Made by a program: the position numbers and the translations under genes. The notes beneath the pieces are model-generated. The model saw only the letters and a list, made by a program, of their open reading frames with translations. It did not search any database and was not told where the DNA came from. Below are positions 48,519 through 58,991 of a stretch of DNA of 64,000 nt, in pieces. The stretch lies in the NCBI GenBank assembly GCA_002352465.1, contig DEIN01000008.1, positions 564-64,563 on the forward strand, read 5' to 3'. Source of the stretch: Patescibacteria group bacterium UBA2773. GTDB taxonomy: Bacteria > Patescibacteriota > Minisyncoccia > Moranbacterales > DUUL01. How positions within the stretch are numbered: the first letter of the stretch is position 1; every line of letters starts with the position of its first letter.

Positions 48519-50546
48519 TTAAGAATTATCAATTTTTACTTTGATATCAACCGCTAGTGGTTTTTTTGAACCTTGGTAGAAAAACATCGGGTTGATATCC
48601 AATTCTTTTAGCCAACTATTTTGCCAACCAATTTTGGCTACTTTGTCAATTTCATCAACCAATGAGTCGAGATTTAAATCTTCTTTTTGAAAAATTTTGC
48701 CTAGTTTTGACTTTCTTAAATCTTTCTTAATTTCTGCTTTGCTTACTGGTAAAATCCACAGAAGTTTTTCGTCAAAAATTTCAGTTAAAATTCCTCCAAT
48801 TCCGCAGAGTAAAATTGGTCCAAAATTTGAATCTTTTTTTAATCCGATAATAATCTCAGTTCCTTTTTCAACTTGTTCTTGAATGATGATTTTTTTATTT
48901 TTAAATTTCTTTCGAAGTTTTTTAAGGTTGGTTTTGAATTTGGCGGTTCCTTTTATTCCAGTTTTCACTCCACCTTGAGCCATTTTGTGTAAAAGACCAG
49001 GGTCATCGATTTTCATTACAAGACATTTTGGAATCTTAGAAATTTTAAAATTTTCATCAATTAAAGAAGCTTTCAACGAGTTGACTCCATAATATCGCAT
49101 TAATTCCAAAGACTCTTCGTAAAAGAAAATATTTCTTTTTTCTTCTTGGGCGTTTTTGACAATGCTTCTGATTTTAGCTGAGGCTAGAATATCAAATTTC
49201 AAAGGTTCTTTTTTGTTCTTTTTGGTGATTTTTTGAAATGCTTGAAATTCGCTGATTTTTTCTAAGGCATTGACTGTTTCTTGGGGAAATTGAAAGGCAT
49301 TTTTTATTTTAGCTCCAATCAAAATTGGAATGATTGGAAAAGAGCTTTTGTCTTCAGATTTTTTAATTACTTTTAAGATGTTGTCTACATCAGTTTGGGC
49401 TTGAGGAGTGATAAGCGCCAAAACTGCTCCAATTTTTTTAATTTTAACTAATTCTTTTAGGGAATCTTCGTATCGTGTTGAATCTGCATCACCTAAAATA
49501 TCAATCGGATTTTCAACCGAAGAAGCTCCCGGTAGGGTGACTTTGATGGTTTGTTTTTCTTCGTTGGTAAAATTATAGAAATCAAGAATAGATTTTTTTT
49601 CGATTAAGTCGGTGATAATTACTCCGGGTCCTCCAGCGTTAGTCAAAACGACTAGCTTGTTGTTTTGAGGCAACGGATGATTATTGAACATTTTTAGAGT
49701 TTGCCAAAAAGTAGCGATGTCTTCGAAATATAAAGCTCCAGCGTCTTCAAAAGCCTTCTTTAGCACGTCTATTTCTCCTGCCATTGCTCCAGTGTGGGAC
49801 ATAATGGCCTTCTGAACCTTCTGTGAATTACCAGCCTTTAAAATCAAAACTGGCTTTTTCTGGGTTATTTTTGCTACTGTGTTATAGAATTGTCTTCCTT
49901 TTTTAATGTTCTCTAAATACAGACCGATTACTTTGGTTTTTGGGTCATTGGCTAAATATTCTAGGAAATTAATTTCGTCTAAGATTGTTTTATTTCCCAG
50001 TGAAACAATAGTAGAAAAACCCAAATCTTCTTCTTTGGCCATATCCAATAAACCGGTGATGAAAGCTCCTGATTGAGAAATCAAACCGACATTTCCAGCT
50101 AAAACTTTTTTTTTCGCAAAGGAAGCGTTGATATTTTTATGGGTATTAATGAAGCCTAAACAATTTGGTCCAAGAATATTCAAATCATTTTCTTCGGCAA
50201 TCTTTTTTATTAACAGTTCTCTTTTTTGCCCATCCTTTCCACTTTCAGCGAAACCAGCTGAAATTATTATAATATTTTTGATTTTTTTGGCAATACAATC
50301 GTCTAAAATTGGTAAAATCAAGAAAGCTGGCAAAGCAATGATTGCCAAATCAACTTTTTCTTTAATTTCTAAGACTGATTCATGAACTTTTAGTCCTTCG
50401 ATGATTTTATGGCGAAGATTAATTGGAAAAATTGATCCAGTATATTTTTTATTTTTGAGGTTTTTAACTAGAATATTTCCTATTTTTCCTTTTTTGTCTG
50501 AAGCACCAACAACTGCAATGCTTCTGGGACTTAGCATCTTTTCCAT
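48519..50546 (-). CDS. Acetate--CoA ligase (ADP-forming), fused alpha/beta
   Basis: PRSIAVVGAS, ILGPNCLG, ISQSGA, SHTGAMAG, TNAGGPG, NPIDILGDA, ELDINP. Confidence 0.9.
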   Translation of the reverse strand: MEKMLSPRSIAVVGASDKKGKIGNILVKNLKNKKYTGSIFPINLRHKIIEGLKVHESVLEIKEKVDLAIIALPAFLILPILDDCIAKKIKNIIIISAGFAESGKDGQKRELLIKKIAEENDLNILGPNCLGFINTHKNINASFAKKKVLAGNVGLISQSGAFITGLLDMAKEEDLGFSTIVSLGNKTILDEINFLEYLANDPKTKVIGLYLENIKKGRQFYNTVAKITQKKPVLILKAGNSQKVQKAIMSHTGAMAGEIDVLKKAFEDAGALYFEDIATFWQTLKMFNNHPLPQNNKLVVLTNAGGPGVIITDLIEKKSILDFYNFTNEEKQTIKVTLPGASSVENPIDILGDADSTRYEDSLKELVKIKKIGAVLALITPQAQTDVDNILKVIKKSEDKSSFPIIPILIGAKIKNAFQFPQETVNALEKISEFQAFQKITKKNKKEPLKFDILASAKIRSIVKNAQEEKRNIFFYEESLELMRYYGVNSLKASLIDENFKISKIPKCLVMKIDDPGLLHKMAQGGVKTGIKGTAKFKTNLKKLRKKFKNKKIIIQEQVEKGTEIIIGLKKDSNFGPILLCGIGGILTEIFDEKLLWILPVSKAEIKKDLRKSKLGKIFQKEDLNLDSLVDEIDKVAKIGWQNSWLKELDINPMFFYQGSKKPLAVDIKVKIDNS

Positions 50547-50562
50547 TTTTTTTTGAGATTAT

Positions 50563-51570
50563 TTAAATTTTTTCTATTTTTTCAATTAAAGTTTTTTCTT
50601 GGTTTACCATTTCTTTTTTAGTCAGCAAACCTTTGGTGGCTCCAATTTTAGTTAGGACTTCTCCGCTATTGACAATCCCCCAAGCTAAACTTTTTTTAAT
50701 ATCGGTACTTTCAATGTAGCTAGCTAGAAATCCGCTAGTAAAAGCATCTCCTGCTCCAACCGTTTCAATTTTTTTAGTCTTGTTCACTTCTAAATGAAAA
50801 CTGTCAATGTCTTTGCGAATATAGGCTCCATTAGCACCATCGGTAATTACAACATTTTTAAAACCTAAATTTTTAATTTCTTGAAGTAAATTTAATGGAG
50901 TGTCTTTGAATTTCACTTCAAGATTCTGAAGAATTTCAATCGCTTCATCTCGATTAAGAAAGATTATTTCAAATTCTTTAAAATATTTGACTAATTCATT
51001 GATGTCATTTTCAATTTGATAACTGCTTGGAACAAAAGCTAATTTGGCTTTTTTATTATGAGCAAATTTGATAATTTCTTCCATTTTTTCTAAGGAATTT
51101 TTTTTCTGAGATCCAACATAGATCCAGTCAACTTTTTCTCTGAATTTGTTTAAGGCTTTTTTCAGATCAAATTCTTCGACTGAATCTCCAGTTCTTAAAA
51201 TAGTGTGATCAAGATGTTCTCGATCAGATATTATGGCAGAAATTGAACTGGGAGTGGCTCCTCGGCATTGTAGATAATTTTTTTTTATTTTCAATTTTCC
51301 AATTTTTTTTTCAATCCACTTCCCTACTTCGCCTTTGGCAGTTCGAGCAAAGACAAAACTTTTAATTCCGGCTAAATTTAATCCGGCTGCAACATTAACC
51401 GCGCTTCCACCAACTTCCTCAATTAAATTTTCAGCGTATATCTTTGCTCCAAATTCAAAAGACATCATCTTCTTTTCGGTTAGACTTTCTTTATTTTCAG
51501 TAATTTTAGTTTTATCCAAAACAATGAAAATGTCCTTAGCAGCCGATCCGATGCAAATTACTTTTTTCAT
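50563..51570 (-). CDS. PfkB family carbohydrate kinase
   Basis: GGSAVNVA, NRDEA, VITDGANG, ETVGAGDAFTSGF. Confidence 0.9.
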   Translation of the reverse strand: MKKVICIGSAAKDIFIVLDKTKITENKESLTEKKMMSFEFGAKIYAENLIEEVGGSAVNVAAGLNLAGIKSFVFARTAKGEVGKWIEKKIGKLKIKKNYLQCRGATPSSISAIISDREHLDHTILRTGDSVEEFDLKKALNKFREKVDWIYVGSQKKNSLEKMEEIIKFAHNKKAKLAFVPSSYQIENDINELVKYFKEFEIIFLNRDEAIEILQNLEVKFKDTPLNLLQEIKNLGFKNVVITDGANGAYIRKDIDSFHLEVNKTKKIETVGAGDAFTSGFLASYIESTDIKKSLAWGIVNSGEVLTKIGATKGLLTKKEMVNQEKTLIEKIEKI

Positions 51571-51597
51571 TTTTAGTGAATTATTGTTTATGAGATT

Positions 51598-52650
51598 TTA
51601 TTCTAGTGCTTTGAGTCCAGGGAGTTCTTTTCCAGCTAAAAAATCCAGCATTGCTCCGCCACTCATGGACATATAGTCAAAATCTTCTGGATTGGTAAAA
51701 TAATTTACAGCAGCGACCGTCTCTCCTCCTCCGACTAATTTAAAAGCTTTTTTATTTTCAGTAATGGCTTTGGCGACGGCTTTTGTTCCTAAGGCACAAT
51801 CTCCTCTTTCGAACATTCCTAGTGGACCATTCCAGATGATTGTCTTGGCTTGGTTAATTTTATCAATAAACATTGTTCGAGTTTTTTCGCCAATATCTAG
51901 TCTGGCTTCACTCTCTGATTTTGGTGAAAAATCAATTGGTAAAAAAACATTTTCTGGAAAACTTATTATTTTGTCCAAGGCTTCGTTGGCGGTTTTTCCA
52001 GCAACTAAGACGGAATCATATTCTTTGGCTAAAGTTTCAATAACCGGTAATTTAGTTTTGATTTTAGCTCCGCCGATTATGGCAACAGCTGGTCTTTTAG
52101 GATTGTATTTTACTATCTCTAGATTTCGGACTTCTTCGGCTAATAATTTGCCAGCGCATCTTTCTTTACAGAATTCAGGAAATTTTGTTAAAGAAGCATG
52201 ATTTCTGTGACAAACCGAAAAGGCATTATTGACATAAACATCGAAACCACTGGCAATTTTTTCAGCAAAAAGATCATTTGATTCTTTTTCTTCTTTCCAG
52301 AAACGAATATTCTCTAAAATCGCTAATTCAGTTGTTTGATTTTCTTTAACTACTTTAATATCTTCAATATCTTTTATTAATTCGACATCAAGTCCTAAAT
52401 ATTCTTCTAATTTTTTTTGCACTGGTTTCATTGAGAATTTTTCATTAAATTTACCGTTGGGTCTTCCGAGATGGGAAACTAACAAAATAAATTTAGCTTG
52501 ATTTTCTAAAATTTTTCTAATGGTTCCTAAGGAAAATTCTATTTTATCATCTTCTTCATCGGTTAAGGTCTTGCCTTCCATTGGGACATTGTAATCACAA
52601 CGAATTAGAACGCTTTTACCAGTAAAATCAATATCTTCAATTGTTTTCAT
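51598..52650 (-). CDS. pgk: Phosphoglycerate kinase
   Basis: RCDYNVP, SHLGRP, LENIRF, HRNHAS, IIGGAK, WNGPLG.FE, GGGET, SGGAML. Confidence 0.95.
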   Translation of the reverse strand: MKTIEDIDFTGKSVLIRCDYNVPMEGKTLTDEEDDKIEFSLGTIRKILENQAKFILLVSHLGRPNGKFNEKFSMKPVQKKLEEYLGLDVELIKDIEDIKVVKENQTTELAILENIRFWKEEKESNDLFAEKIASGFDVYVNNAFSVCHRNHASLTKFPEFCKERCAGKLLAEEVRNLEIVKYNPKRPAVAIIGGAKIKTKLPVIETLAKEYDSVLVAGKTANEALDKIISFPENVFLPIDFSPKSESEARLDIGEKTRTMFIDKINQAKTIIWNGPLGMFERGDCALGTKAVAKAITENKKAFKLVGGGETVAAVNYFTNPEDFDYMSMSGGAMLDFLAGKELPGLKALE

Positions 52651-53752
52651 ATTTTTTTAAAAAAATTTTATATTTATTTTCAACTTCTTCTTTTATTTTA
52701 ACCTTAAATATCTTTTCCGAAAAGCCCATTGCAGTTTTTCTAATATATTTAGAATCAAAATTGGTTTTTTTAAATTTCTTTAGAGCTTCTTTCAAAGAGT
52801 TTTCGGTTTGATTTTCAAAAAATATTCCAGTTTTACCATCTTCAACGTGTTCAACAATATCACCAGCTCTGAAAGCCACAATTGGTCGACCACTGGCCAA
52901 GGCTTCAATGGCAACAATTCCAAAATCTTCTTCTTGGGGAAAAATAAAAGCCTGAGCTTTAGAATAAACTTCTCGCAATTTTTTTTCAGAAACTCGACCT
53001 AAAAATTCAATGGTTGGTCCAGCTATTTTTTTTAAATTTTTTAATTCAATTCCTCTTCCGATTATTTTAAGAGGAAGTTTTAAATCATTGCAAACTTTAA
53101 TTACTAGATCTGTTTTTTTGTATTTCATCATTCGGCCAGTTACTAAAAAGTAATTCCCAAGTTCTTTCTTTGGCGTTATATAGAATTTATCAACTTTTAC
53201 TGGAGGGTTAATGACAATTGATTTTCGTTGATAATATTTTTTAATTCGTCCTTGAACAAATTTGGAGTTGGCAATGAAATAATCTACGCCATTAGAAGAG
53301 AAATAATCCCAAACTCGAATATAATTCATTAAGAAAGGCACAATTTTTTTGAGCCAGTTTGGAAATCCAAATTCTTGAGTGTAGTGTTGACAATCGTCCC
53401 AAGCATAGCGCATCGGGGTGTGACAGTAGCAAATATGCAAAGTTTTGGGTGAAGTTATGATGTTTTTGGCAAAGCTAGAGGAATCAGAAAGTACTAAATC
53501 GTAATAATCCAAATTAAATTCCTCAATGGCATTCATCATCAAGGGTGGGAAAAGCCGATGATATTTTTTGGCGAAGGGAACTTTTTGTAAAAATGAAGTT
53601 CTTACATTTTTATTTTTAAATCTTGGAAATTTTTGGTCGTTATAAAGGATTGTATAGATTGGGGCATCAGGCCAAATTTCAGTCAAGCATTGTAGAACTC
53701 TTTCAGCTCCACCGTTTTGAACTAAATAATCGTGAACTAGAGCGATTTTCAT
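52637..53752 (-). CDS. GT4 family glycosyltransferase
   Basis: KIALVHDYL...GGAERV, YCHTPMRYAW, EDFGIVAIEALASGRP. Confidence 0.92.
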   Translation of the reverse strand: MKIALVHDYLVQNGGAERVLQCLTEIWPDAPIYTILYNDQKFPRFKNKNVRTSFLQKVPFAKKYHRLFPPLMMNAIEEFNLDYYDLVLSDSSSFAKNIITSPKTLHICYCHTPMRYAWDDCQHYTQEFGFPNWLKKIVPFLMNYIRVWDYFSSNGVDYFIANSKFVQGRIKKYYQRKSIVINPPVKVDKFYITPKKELGNYFLVTGRMMKYKKTDLVIKVCNDLKLPLKIIGRGIELKNLKKIAGPTIEFLGRVSEKKLREVYSKAQAFIFPQEEDFGIVAIEALASGRPIVAFRAGDIVEHVEDGKTGIFFENQTENSLKEALKKFKKTNFDSKYIRKTAMGFSEKIFKVKIKEEVENKYKIFLKKYENN

Positions 53753-53794
53753 TGTTTTATTTATGATTTTTATTCTCTTGGTTGTTAACCAGCT

Positions 53795-54682
53795 TTATTT
53801 TTTATCACGTTTCCAAAGCTCAGCTACAAAAACGGTGGCAACAAAAATCGAGGAATAGGTTCCGAATAAAATTCCGATTAATAGAGCCAATGAGAAATAT
53901 TTAATAGTTTCTCCTCCAAAAAATATCACTGATAATAAAACAAAAACAACTGTCAAGGAAGTATTTAAGGAACGAGCGATACTTTCTCTAATTGATTTAT
54001 TAATTGTTCCTTCGAAATTTTTTCCTGCTCCGTAGCGTAATAAATTTTCTCTAATTCGGTCGAAAATAACAATGGTATCATTGACGCTGTATCCAAAAAT
54101 AGTTAGCAAAGCAGCCACAAAAGGAATTCCAACTTCAATTCCATAAAATCTGCCGAAGAAAGCAAAAAATCCTAAAGTAATAATGATATCATGCACTAAA
54201 GCTAGAATTGCTCCTAGGCCATACTTCCAACTATTGATGGGATAAGAAATTTTTCGAAAAGCCCAGGCGATATACCAAGTAATTCCCATAATCGAAACAA
54301 TTACAGCATAGAAAGCATTCCTTTTTAATTCTGAAGAAACCAAAGAGCTGATGAATTCTGTTCTTAAAATTTCTGTTTCTGGATATTTTTCTTTTAAAAG
54401 TTCTTCCACTTTTGGATTAATTTTATTTTGTTCGGATTGATAACGGATAATAAAAGAATTATTTTCAGCCGGTTGAATTAATAGACTTGGAAGTTCAAGT
54501 TCTTTGACTAATTTTCTAACTTCATCTTTGGAGACTTCTTGTTGAAATTTAACTTCACTCAAAACTCCTCCCGTAAAATCAATACCCAACTTCAATCCCC
54601 ACATTGCAATAAAAACTACGCTAGTAATGATAAGTAGACTAGAAAGTAAGAATGAATATTTTCTTTTTTCAATTATTTTCAT
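53795..54682 (-). CDS. secF: Protein translocase subunit SecF
   Basis: LGIDFTGG, HDII, GYSVNDTIVIFDRIRE, RSLNTS, GTYSSIF. Confidence 0.96.
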   Translation of the reverse strand: MKIIEKRKYSFLLSSLLIITSVVFIAMWGLKLGIDFTGGVLSEVKFQQEVSKDEVRKLVKELELPSLLIQPAENNSFIIRYQSEQNKINPKVEELLKEKYPETEILRTEFISSLVSSELKRNAFYAVIVSIMGITWYIAWAFRKISYPINSWKYGLGAILALVHDIIITLGFFAFFGRFYGIEVGIPFVAALLTIFGYSVNDTIVIFDRIRENLLRYGAGKNFEGTINKSIRESIARSLNTSLTVVFVLLSVIFFGGETIKYFSLALLIGILFGTYSSIFVATVFVAELWKRDKK

Positions 54683-54817
54683 TTATTTTTTTATTTAATA
54701 AAAATGTCATTTCTATCGTTTTTAGCGGCATTTTTCAAAAACGACGCCTTAAAAAATCATCTCTAAAAAGGATACTTTTAATTATAGCTAATTTAAAATG
54801 ATTCGGCTAGTCTTTAT

Positions 54818-54943
54818 GGGACTGTGTCCAATCACAGTTTTGTGACGAAATTTTCTAGTTTTGAGATAAATTTTTTTAAAATTTTTGATAAATTTAGCCA
54901 AAAATAGAAAATTGTAGTAAAAAGGGTGATTGGATACGGTCCC
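54818..54943. mobile_element. 126-bp MITE-like element with 18-bp terminal inverted repeats
   Basis: GGGACTGTGTCCAATCAC / GTGATTGGATACGGTCCC (16/18) with further internal complementarity. Confidence 0.65.
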
Positions 54944-54952
54944 TTTGTGGAT

Positions 54953-55459
54953 TTAATTTGATTTATCTAGCATTTCTATTTTTCTCGATTGCTGTCGACA
55001 TAGAGCCACTGCCAAAGCATCAGCGGCATCATCCGGTTGGGGAATTTTTTTTAGTTTTAAAATATTTTGAACCATTATTTGAACTTGTTTTTTTTCGGCT
55101 CGTCCATAGCCAGTCAAGGCTTGTTTGATTTGCAAGGGAGTATATTCAAAAACTGGAATTTTTTTTTCGGCCGGAATTAATAATAGCACTCCTCGTGCTT
55201 GAGCAACTTTGATGGCGGTTTTAAGATTTTTGAAAAAGAAAAGATCTTCAACGGCTACTTCATTTGGTTGATAGGTATCCAGAACTTGTCTTAAATCTCG
55301 AGCAATCTCTACTAAGCGATTGACGTCCGAATGAGTTTTGGGGGTTTCGATACAACCATAGGCAATCAAAACTGGTTCGCCTTTTTTTTCTTCAATCAAG
55401 CCCCAACCGGTTATGGCTGTGCCGGGATCGATGCCGAGGATTTTAATGTTTTTAGCCAT
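54953..55459 (-). CDS. ruvC: Holliday junction resolvase RuvC
   Basis: ILGIDPG...GWG, AVEDLFF, QARGV, YTPLQIK, DDAADALA. Confidence 0.97.
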   Translation of the reverse strand: MAKNIKILGIDPGTAITGWGLIEEKKGEPVLIAYGCIETPKTHSDVNRLVEIARDLRQVLDTYQPNEVAVEDLFFFKNLKTAIKVAQARGVLLLIPAEKKIPVFEYTPLQIKQALTGYGRAEKKQVQIMVQNILKLKKIPQPDDAADALAVALCRQQSRKIEMLDKSN

Positions 55460-55489
55460 AAATTAGAGACCATAGTTTAATAAAAAAAA

Positions 55490-55690
55490 TGAATTTTAAC
55501 CCTAACATTCAACATTTAATAGTCAAAATTCATTCAATAATAAAATCTTTTAATACTCAATTGTTGAGTATTGATAAATTAAATATTGAATGAATGTTGA
55601 TTATTGTAGATTGATTATTTATTTGAATTTTAAAGTTTTTTAACATTCTTTACGAACTTTCAACTTTATAAACTTTCAACCTTAAAAACT
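55490..55690. repeat. Heptamer inverted-repeat hairpin (AATATTC units) plus AACTTT 8-9-mer array
   Basis: 55565-55620 is the approximate reverse complement of 5684-5740 and of the left half of this same locus. Confidence 0.7.
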
Positions 55691-56405
55691 AACTAAGATT
55701 ATCATAAACCTCCACCACATCCTCTTGCTCTTCAACTTTATTAACAAAATTAGAATAAGCCTCCAACTCCTGATCACTAATTTCCAAAACATTTTGAGGA
55801 AGATATGGGGTGGTAGCTTCTGTTATTTTTAATCCAGCTTTTTCTAGATATTCTTTGATTGCTTGGAGTTTTTGAAAGGGGGTGAAAATAATTAATTTGC
55901 CATCTTTGTTTAGAAAATCGTCGGCACCAGATTCGATAATGATTTCTTCTAATTCATCTTCATCTTTGTCAATTTCGGAGATAACTAATTTTCCTACTTG
56001 ATCAAACTGCCAGCTAATACTACCGCCTTCAACCATCTTGCCACCATTTTTTGTTAAATAGGTTCTGACTTCTGATAAAGTTCGATTTTTATTATCACTC
56101 ACCGCTCGAATCAACATTGCCACTTGATTAGGACTGTAGGCTTCAAAAAGATATTCTTCTAATTTTGCTCCATCTTTCAAAGCTCCGCTTCCTCTTCTGA
56201 TGGCATTAGCAATATTGTCTTTAGGCATATTAGCTGACCGGGCTTTATCGACGGCCATTTTAAGTTGAAAATTATATTCTGGATCAGCTCCATTGGCAGC
56301 AGCTAAAATTATTTCTTTGGAAATCATTGAAAATATTTTGGAGCGTTTGGCATCGGTTGCCGCTTTTTTATTTTTAATTTTTGACCATTTATTGTGTCCA
56401 GACAT
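55689..56405 (-). CDS. yebC: YebC/PmpR family protein
   Basis: MSGHNKWSKIKNKK...DAKR, NMPKDNI..AI, DNKNRT, DVVEVYDN. Confidence 0.95.
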   Translation of the reverse strand: MSGHNKWSKIKNKKAATDAKRSKIFSMISKEIILAAANGADPEYNFQLKMAVDKARSANMPKDNIANAIRRGSGALKDGAKLEEYLFEAYSPNQVAMLIRAVSDNKNRTLSEVRTYLTKNGGKMVEGGSISWQFDQVGKLVISEIDKDEDELEEIIIESGADDFLNKDGKLIIFTPFQKLQAIKEYLEKAGLKITEATTPYLPQNVLEISDQELEAYSNFVNKVEEQEDVVEVYDNLS

Positions 56406-56606
56406 GAGCTATAAAGTTAATGTTTTATTCTATAAATTTTATTTTAATCTTTGTTAATGATTTTTTCAAGAGAGATTACTGGCAAATTTTTAATTTTTAA
56501 TTTATAAACTCGATGTTTTAAAATTTGTTATTGAAAATTTAATATTGTTTACAAATTATAAATTATAAATTTAAAAAATTTATATCTTGTTCTTTAAATT
56601 TCTAAT

Positions 56607-58136
56607 TTATTTTTTGCTAATTTTACCAATCTTTGCCTCAAAATTTCCATCTTGTAATTCAACCTCGATTAGTTCTTTATTTTTAAGGTTTTTGATGGAG
56701 CTAATTATTTTTCTATTCTGCGAATAGACCACTCCATAGCCTTTTTTTAAAATATCTTTGGGATTCAGAAAATTGATTTTAGATTGGAATAAATTGATTA
56801 AATTTTCTTGATTTTCCAAGGTTGATTTTGCTTCTGAAATAATTCGATTTTTAAAATTTTCTAATTTTTGCAATAAAGAAGATGTTTGAAAAATTTTTTC
56901 ATTCAATAAGAAAAAAATAGTTTTGATTGATTGATTAAAATTGTTAAAAACAGTTTCAATATTAGAGTTTAAACGACTTAAATAATTCACAATCTTTTTT
57001 TGATAATTATTCAAAAGGCTTTCTTGGGATGCTTCCAAATTTTCTAAAAGTTCTTGGCAGTTGGTTAAAATTGTTTCTCTGGTTTGGCTAATTTGAGTTG
57101 CTACAATTGAAGGGGTGGAACAGTCGAAATCAGAACTCATTCCGGCGAAAGTTTCGTCATTTTCGTGTCCAATTCCAGTGATAGTCGGAATTTTTGAGGC
57201 AATTATTGTTTCTATTACTTTTTCACTATTAAAAGTTTTTAGACTCTCCCAACTGCCTCCACCTCGAATAAGCACTAAAATATCCAATTTTTGAGCTTGT
57301 CGATTAAACATTTGAATTGCGTTGATGATTGAGTTCTCTGCTTGATCGCCTTCAACATAAACATTTTTCAGGAAAACCTCAAAACCAAAATCAGCTAAAT
57401 TTTTATTAAAATCATGAATAGCGGCTCCGTTACTGGAAGTTATTAGTCCAATTTTTTTAATAACCGTTGGCAAAGTTCTTTTGCGGTCTTGGTCGAAATA
57501 ACCCTTTCCTAGTAATTTTTGTTTTAGTTTTTCCAAGGCTTTTTTATAGCCACCTTCACCAATCGGTTCAATCCGAGTGACTACGAATTTAAAATTGCCA
57601 TTTTTGGGATAAATTGAAGGCAAGCCATAAACAATCACGCCTAAGCCTTCTTCTAGCAGATGACTGAGGTATAAAAAATTATTTCGAAAAACTACGCATT
57701 GCATGGTTGATTCATGATCATTGGAATCTTTTAAGTCAAAGAAAGCCAAACCTCGATCAATCCCACTTAAGTCATTGATTTCGCCCACCACTTTTATTTC
57801 TTTGAATTGCTGGACAGTTAAATTAATGAAATTAATATATTGAGCGACCGATAAAATACTCTCGTCACTTGGGGAATTGCTTTCTTGAATATTTTCGATT
57901 GAATTATTCTTTGGACTTTCTTTGGAATTAATCATTATTAAAACTTCTCGTCCATATTTTTCTATTTTTTTCGGTCCCCAGCCAGAAAGGGTCTCTAGTG
58001 CTTGAGGATTTTCAGGGCTAAGACGCAAAGCATCCTCCAAATTTTTATTGCTTAGAATATAGTAAGCTGGCTTGCTGGATCTTCTGGCCAATTCATCCCG
58101 CCAATTTTTTAGTTTTTCTATTATTTTATAATCCAT
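56607..58136 (-). CDS. xseA: Exodeoxyribonuclease VII large subunit with N-terminal HRDC domain
   Basis: N-terminus LKNWRDELA....PAYYILSNK.L....P....L..LSGWGPKKIEKYG; then VVGEI, FDLKD, IGLITS..GAA..D, RGGGS.E.L..FN, GIGHENDET, TPS. Confidence 0.9.
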   Translation of the reverse strand: MDYKIIEKLKNWRDELARRSSKPAYYILSNKNLEDALRLSPENPQALETLSGWGPKKIEKYGREVLIMINSKESPKNNSIENIQESNSPSDESILSVAQYINFINLTVQQFKEIKVVGEINDLSGIDRGLAFFDLKDSNDHESTMQCVVFRNNFLYLSHLLEEGLGVIVYGLPSIYPKNGNFKFVVTRIEPIGEGGYKKALEKLKQKLLGKGYFDQDRKRTLPTVIKKIGLITSSNGAAIHDFNKNLADFGFEVFLKNVYVEGDQAENSIINAIQMFNRQAQKLDILVLIRGGGSWESLKTFNSEKVIETIIASKIPTITGIGHENDETFAGMSSDFDCSTPSIVATQISQTRETILTNCQELLENLEASQESLLNNYQKKIVNYLSRLNSNIETVFNNFNQSIKTIFFLLNEKIFQTSSLLQKLENFKNRIISEAKSTLENQENLINLFQSKINFLNPKDILKKGYGVVYSQNRKIISSIKNLKNKELIEVELQDGNFEAKIGKISKK

Positions 58137-58245
58137 TTTTATCTATATTTTAATCAGTATTTATTTAAAATAGCATAAATTTTTAGAAAAGAAAAAGGGC
58201 TCACCATGTTTTGGCAAACCCCCACATTTTTTTTCTGTTCTTTTA

Positions 58246-58613
58246 TCAAGACATTTTTACTGTCGCAATAAAAGATTCAACAGATCCATTAAGCGACTTT
58301 AAAAAAGTAGCTTTAAATGAAGCGAAATTTCTATTTTCTGTTTTTATTAATTCCTCTCTAAAGGAGGAGATAAAAATTATTGGGATTATTTTTCCACTTT
58401 TTTCAAGTTTTTCCGTCATTTCAATTCCTGTTTTATGAGGAAGCAAAATATTGGAAATAATGAGATCAAAGGTTTCTTCTTCTGGTGAGTCTAAAGCATT
58501 CTCTGCTGAACTTACTGTTTTAACTTTGGCCTTACTCAAAGAAAGAATAAAAGTCTCTCTTAAAAACCAAGAAAAAAAGCGTTGTTTTCAACAATTAAAA
58601 TTCTTTGGCTCAT
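58246..58613 (-). pseudogene. Single-domain response-regulator receiver-like gene, frameshifted in a T7 run
   Basis: MSQRILIVENN at 58613; one extra T at 58572-58578 would join it to ...FDLIISNILLPHKTGIEM...IPIIFISS. Confidence 0.6.
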
Positions 58614-58616
58614 TTC

Positions 58617-58991
58617 TCACATCTTCCGCTTAAGTTTGAAAAAAGTCAGTTTTATGTAAAGATAAATTACCAGTTTTTGTAACCTCATTTTTTCTAAAAA
58701 AGATTGCCGGAAATCTATTTCAATAATACTTCCAGCTCCAGCTTTTAGATCTTCTTCATTTTGAATGACATTTAAAGTGCCTTTTAAAATTCTAAATTCT
58801 GGTAATGCTTTGTCAATAATGACGATTTGAAATCTTTCCTTATTGACTAACAAGGCGGCTTTTTCTCCAGAAAAAGAATTTTTAAATCCATACTCAATAC
58901 CTTTCTGATTTAAATACAAATGAAATTTTCGGCCGAACTCACAGCTTTCGGGTGAAGATGTTAACGCAAATAAAATTTTACTTTTTTTCAA
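58617..58991 (-). CDS. Hypothetical protein, possibly a degenerate receiver domain
   Basis: GGGAGGT SD before TTG; SGEKA......FQIVIIDKALPE. Confidence 0.5.
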   Translation of the reverse strand: MKKSKILFALTSSPESCEFGRKFHLYLNQKGIEYGFKNSFSGEKAALLVNKERFQIVIIDKALPEFRILKGTLNVIQNEEDLKAGAGSIIEIDFRQSFLEKMRLQKLVIYLYIKLTFFKLKRKM

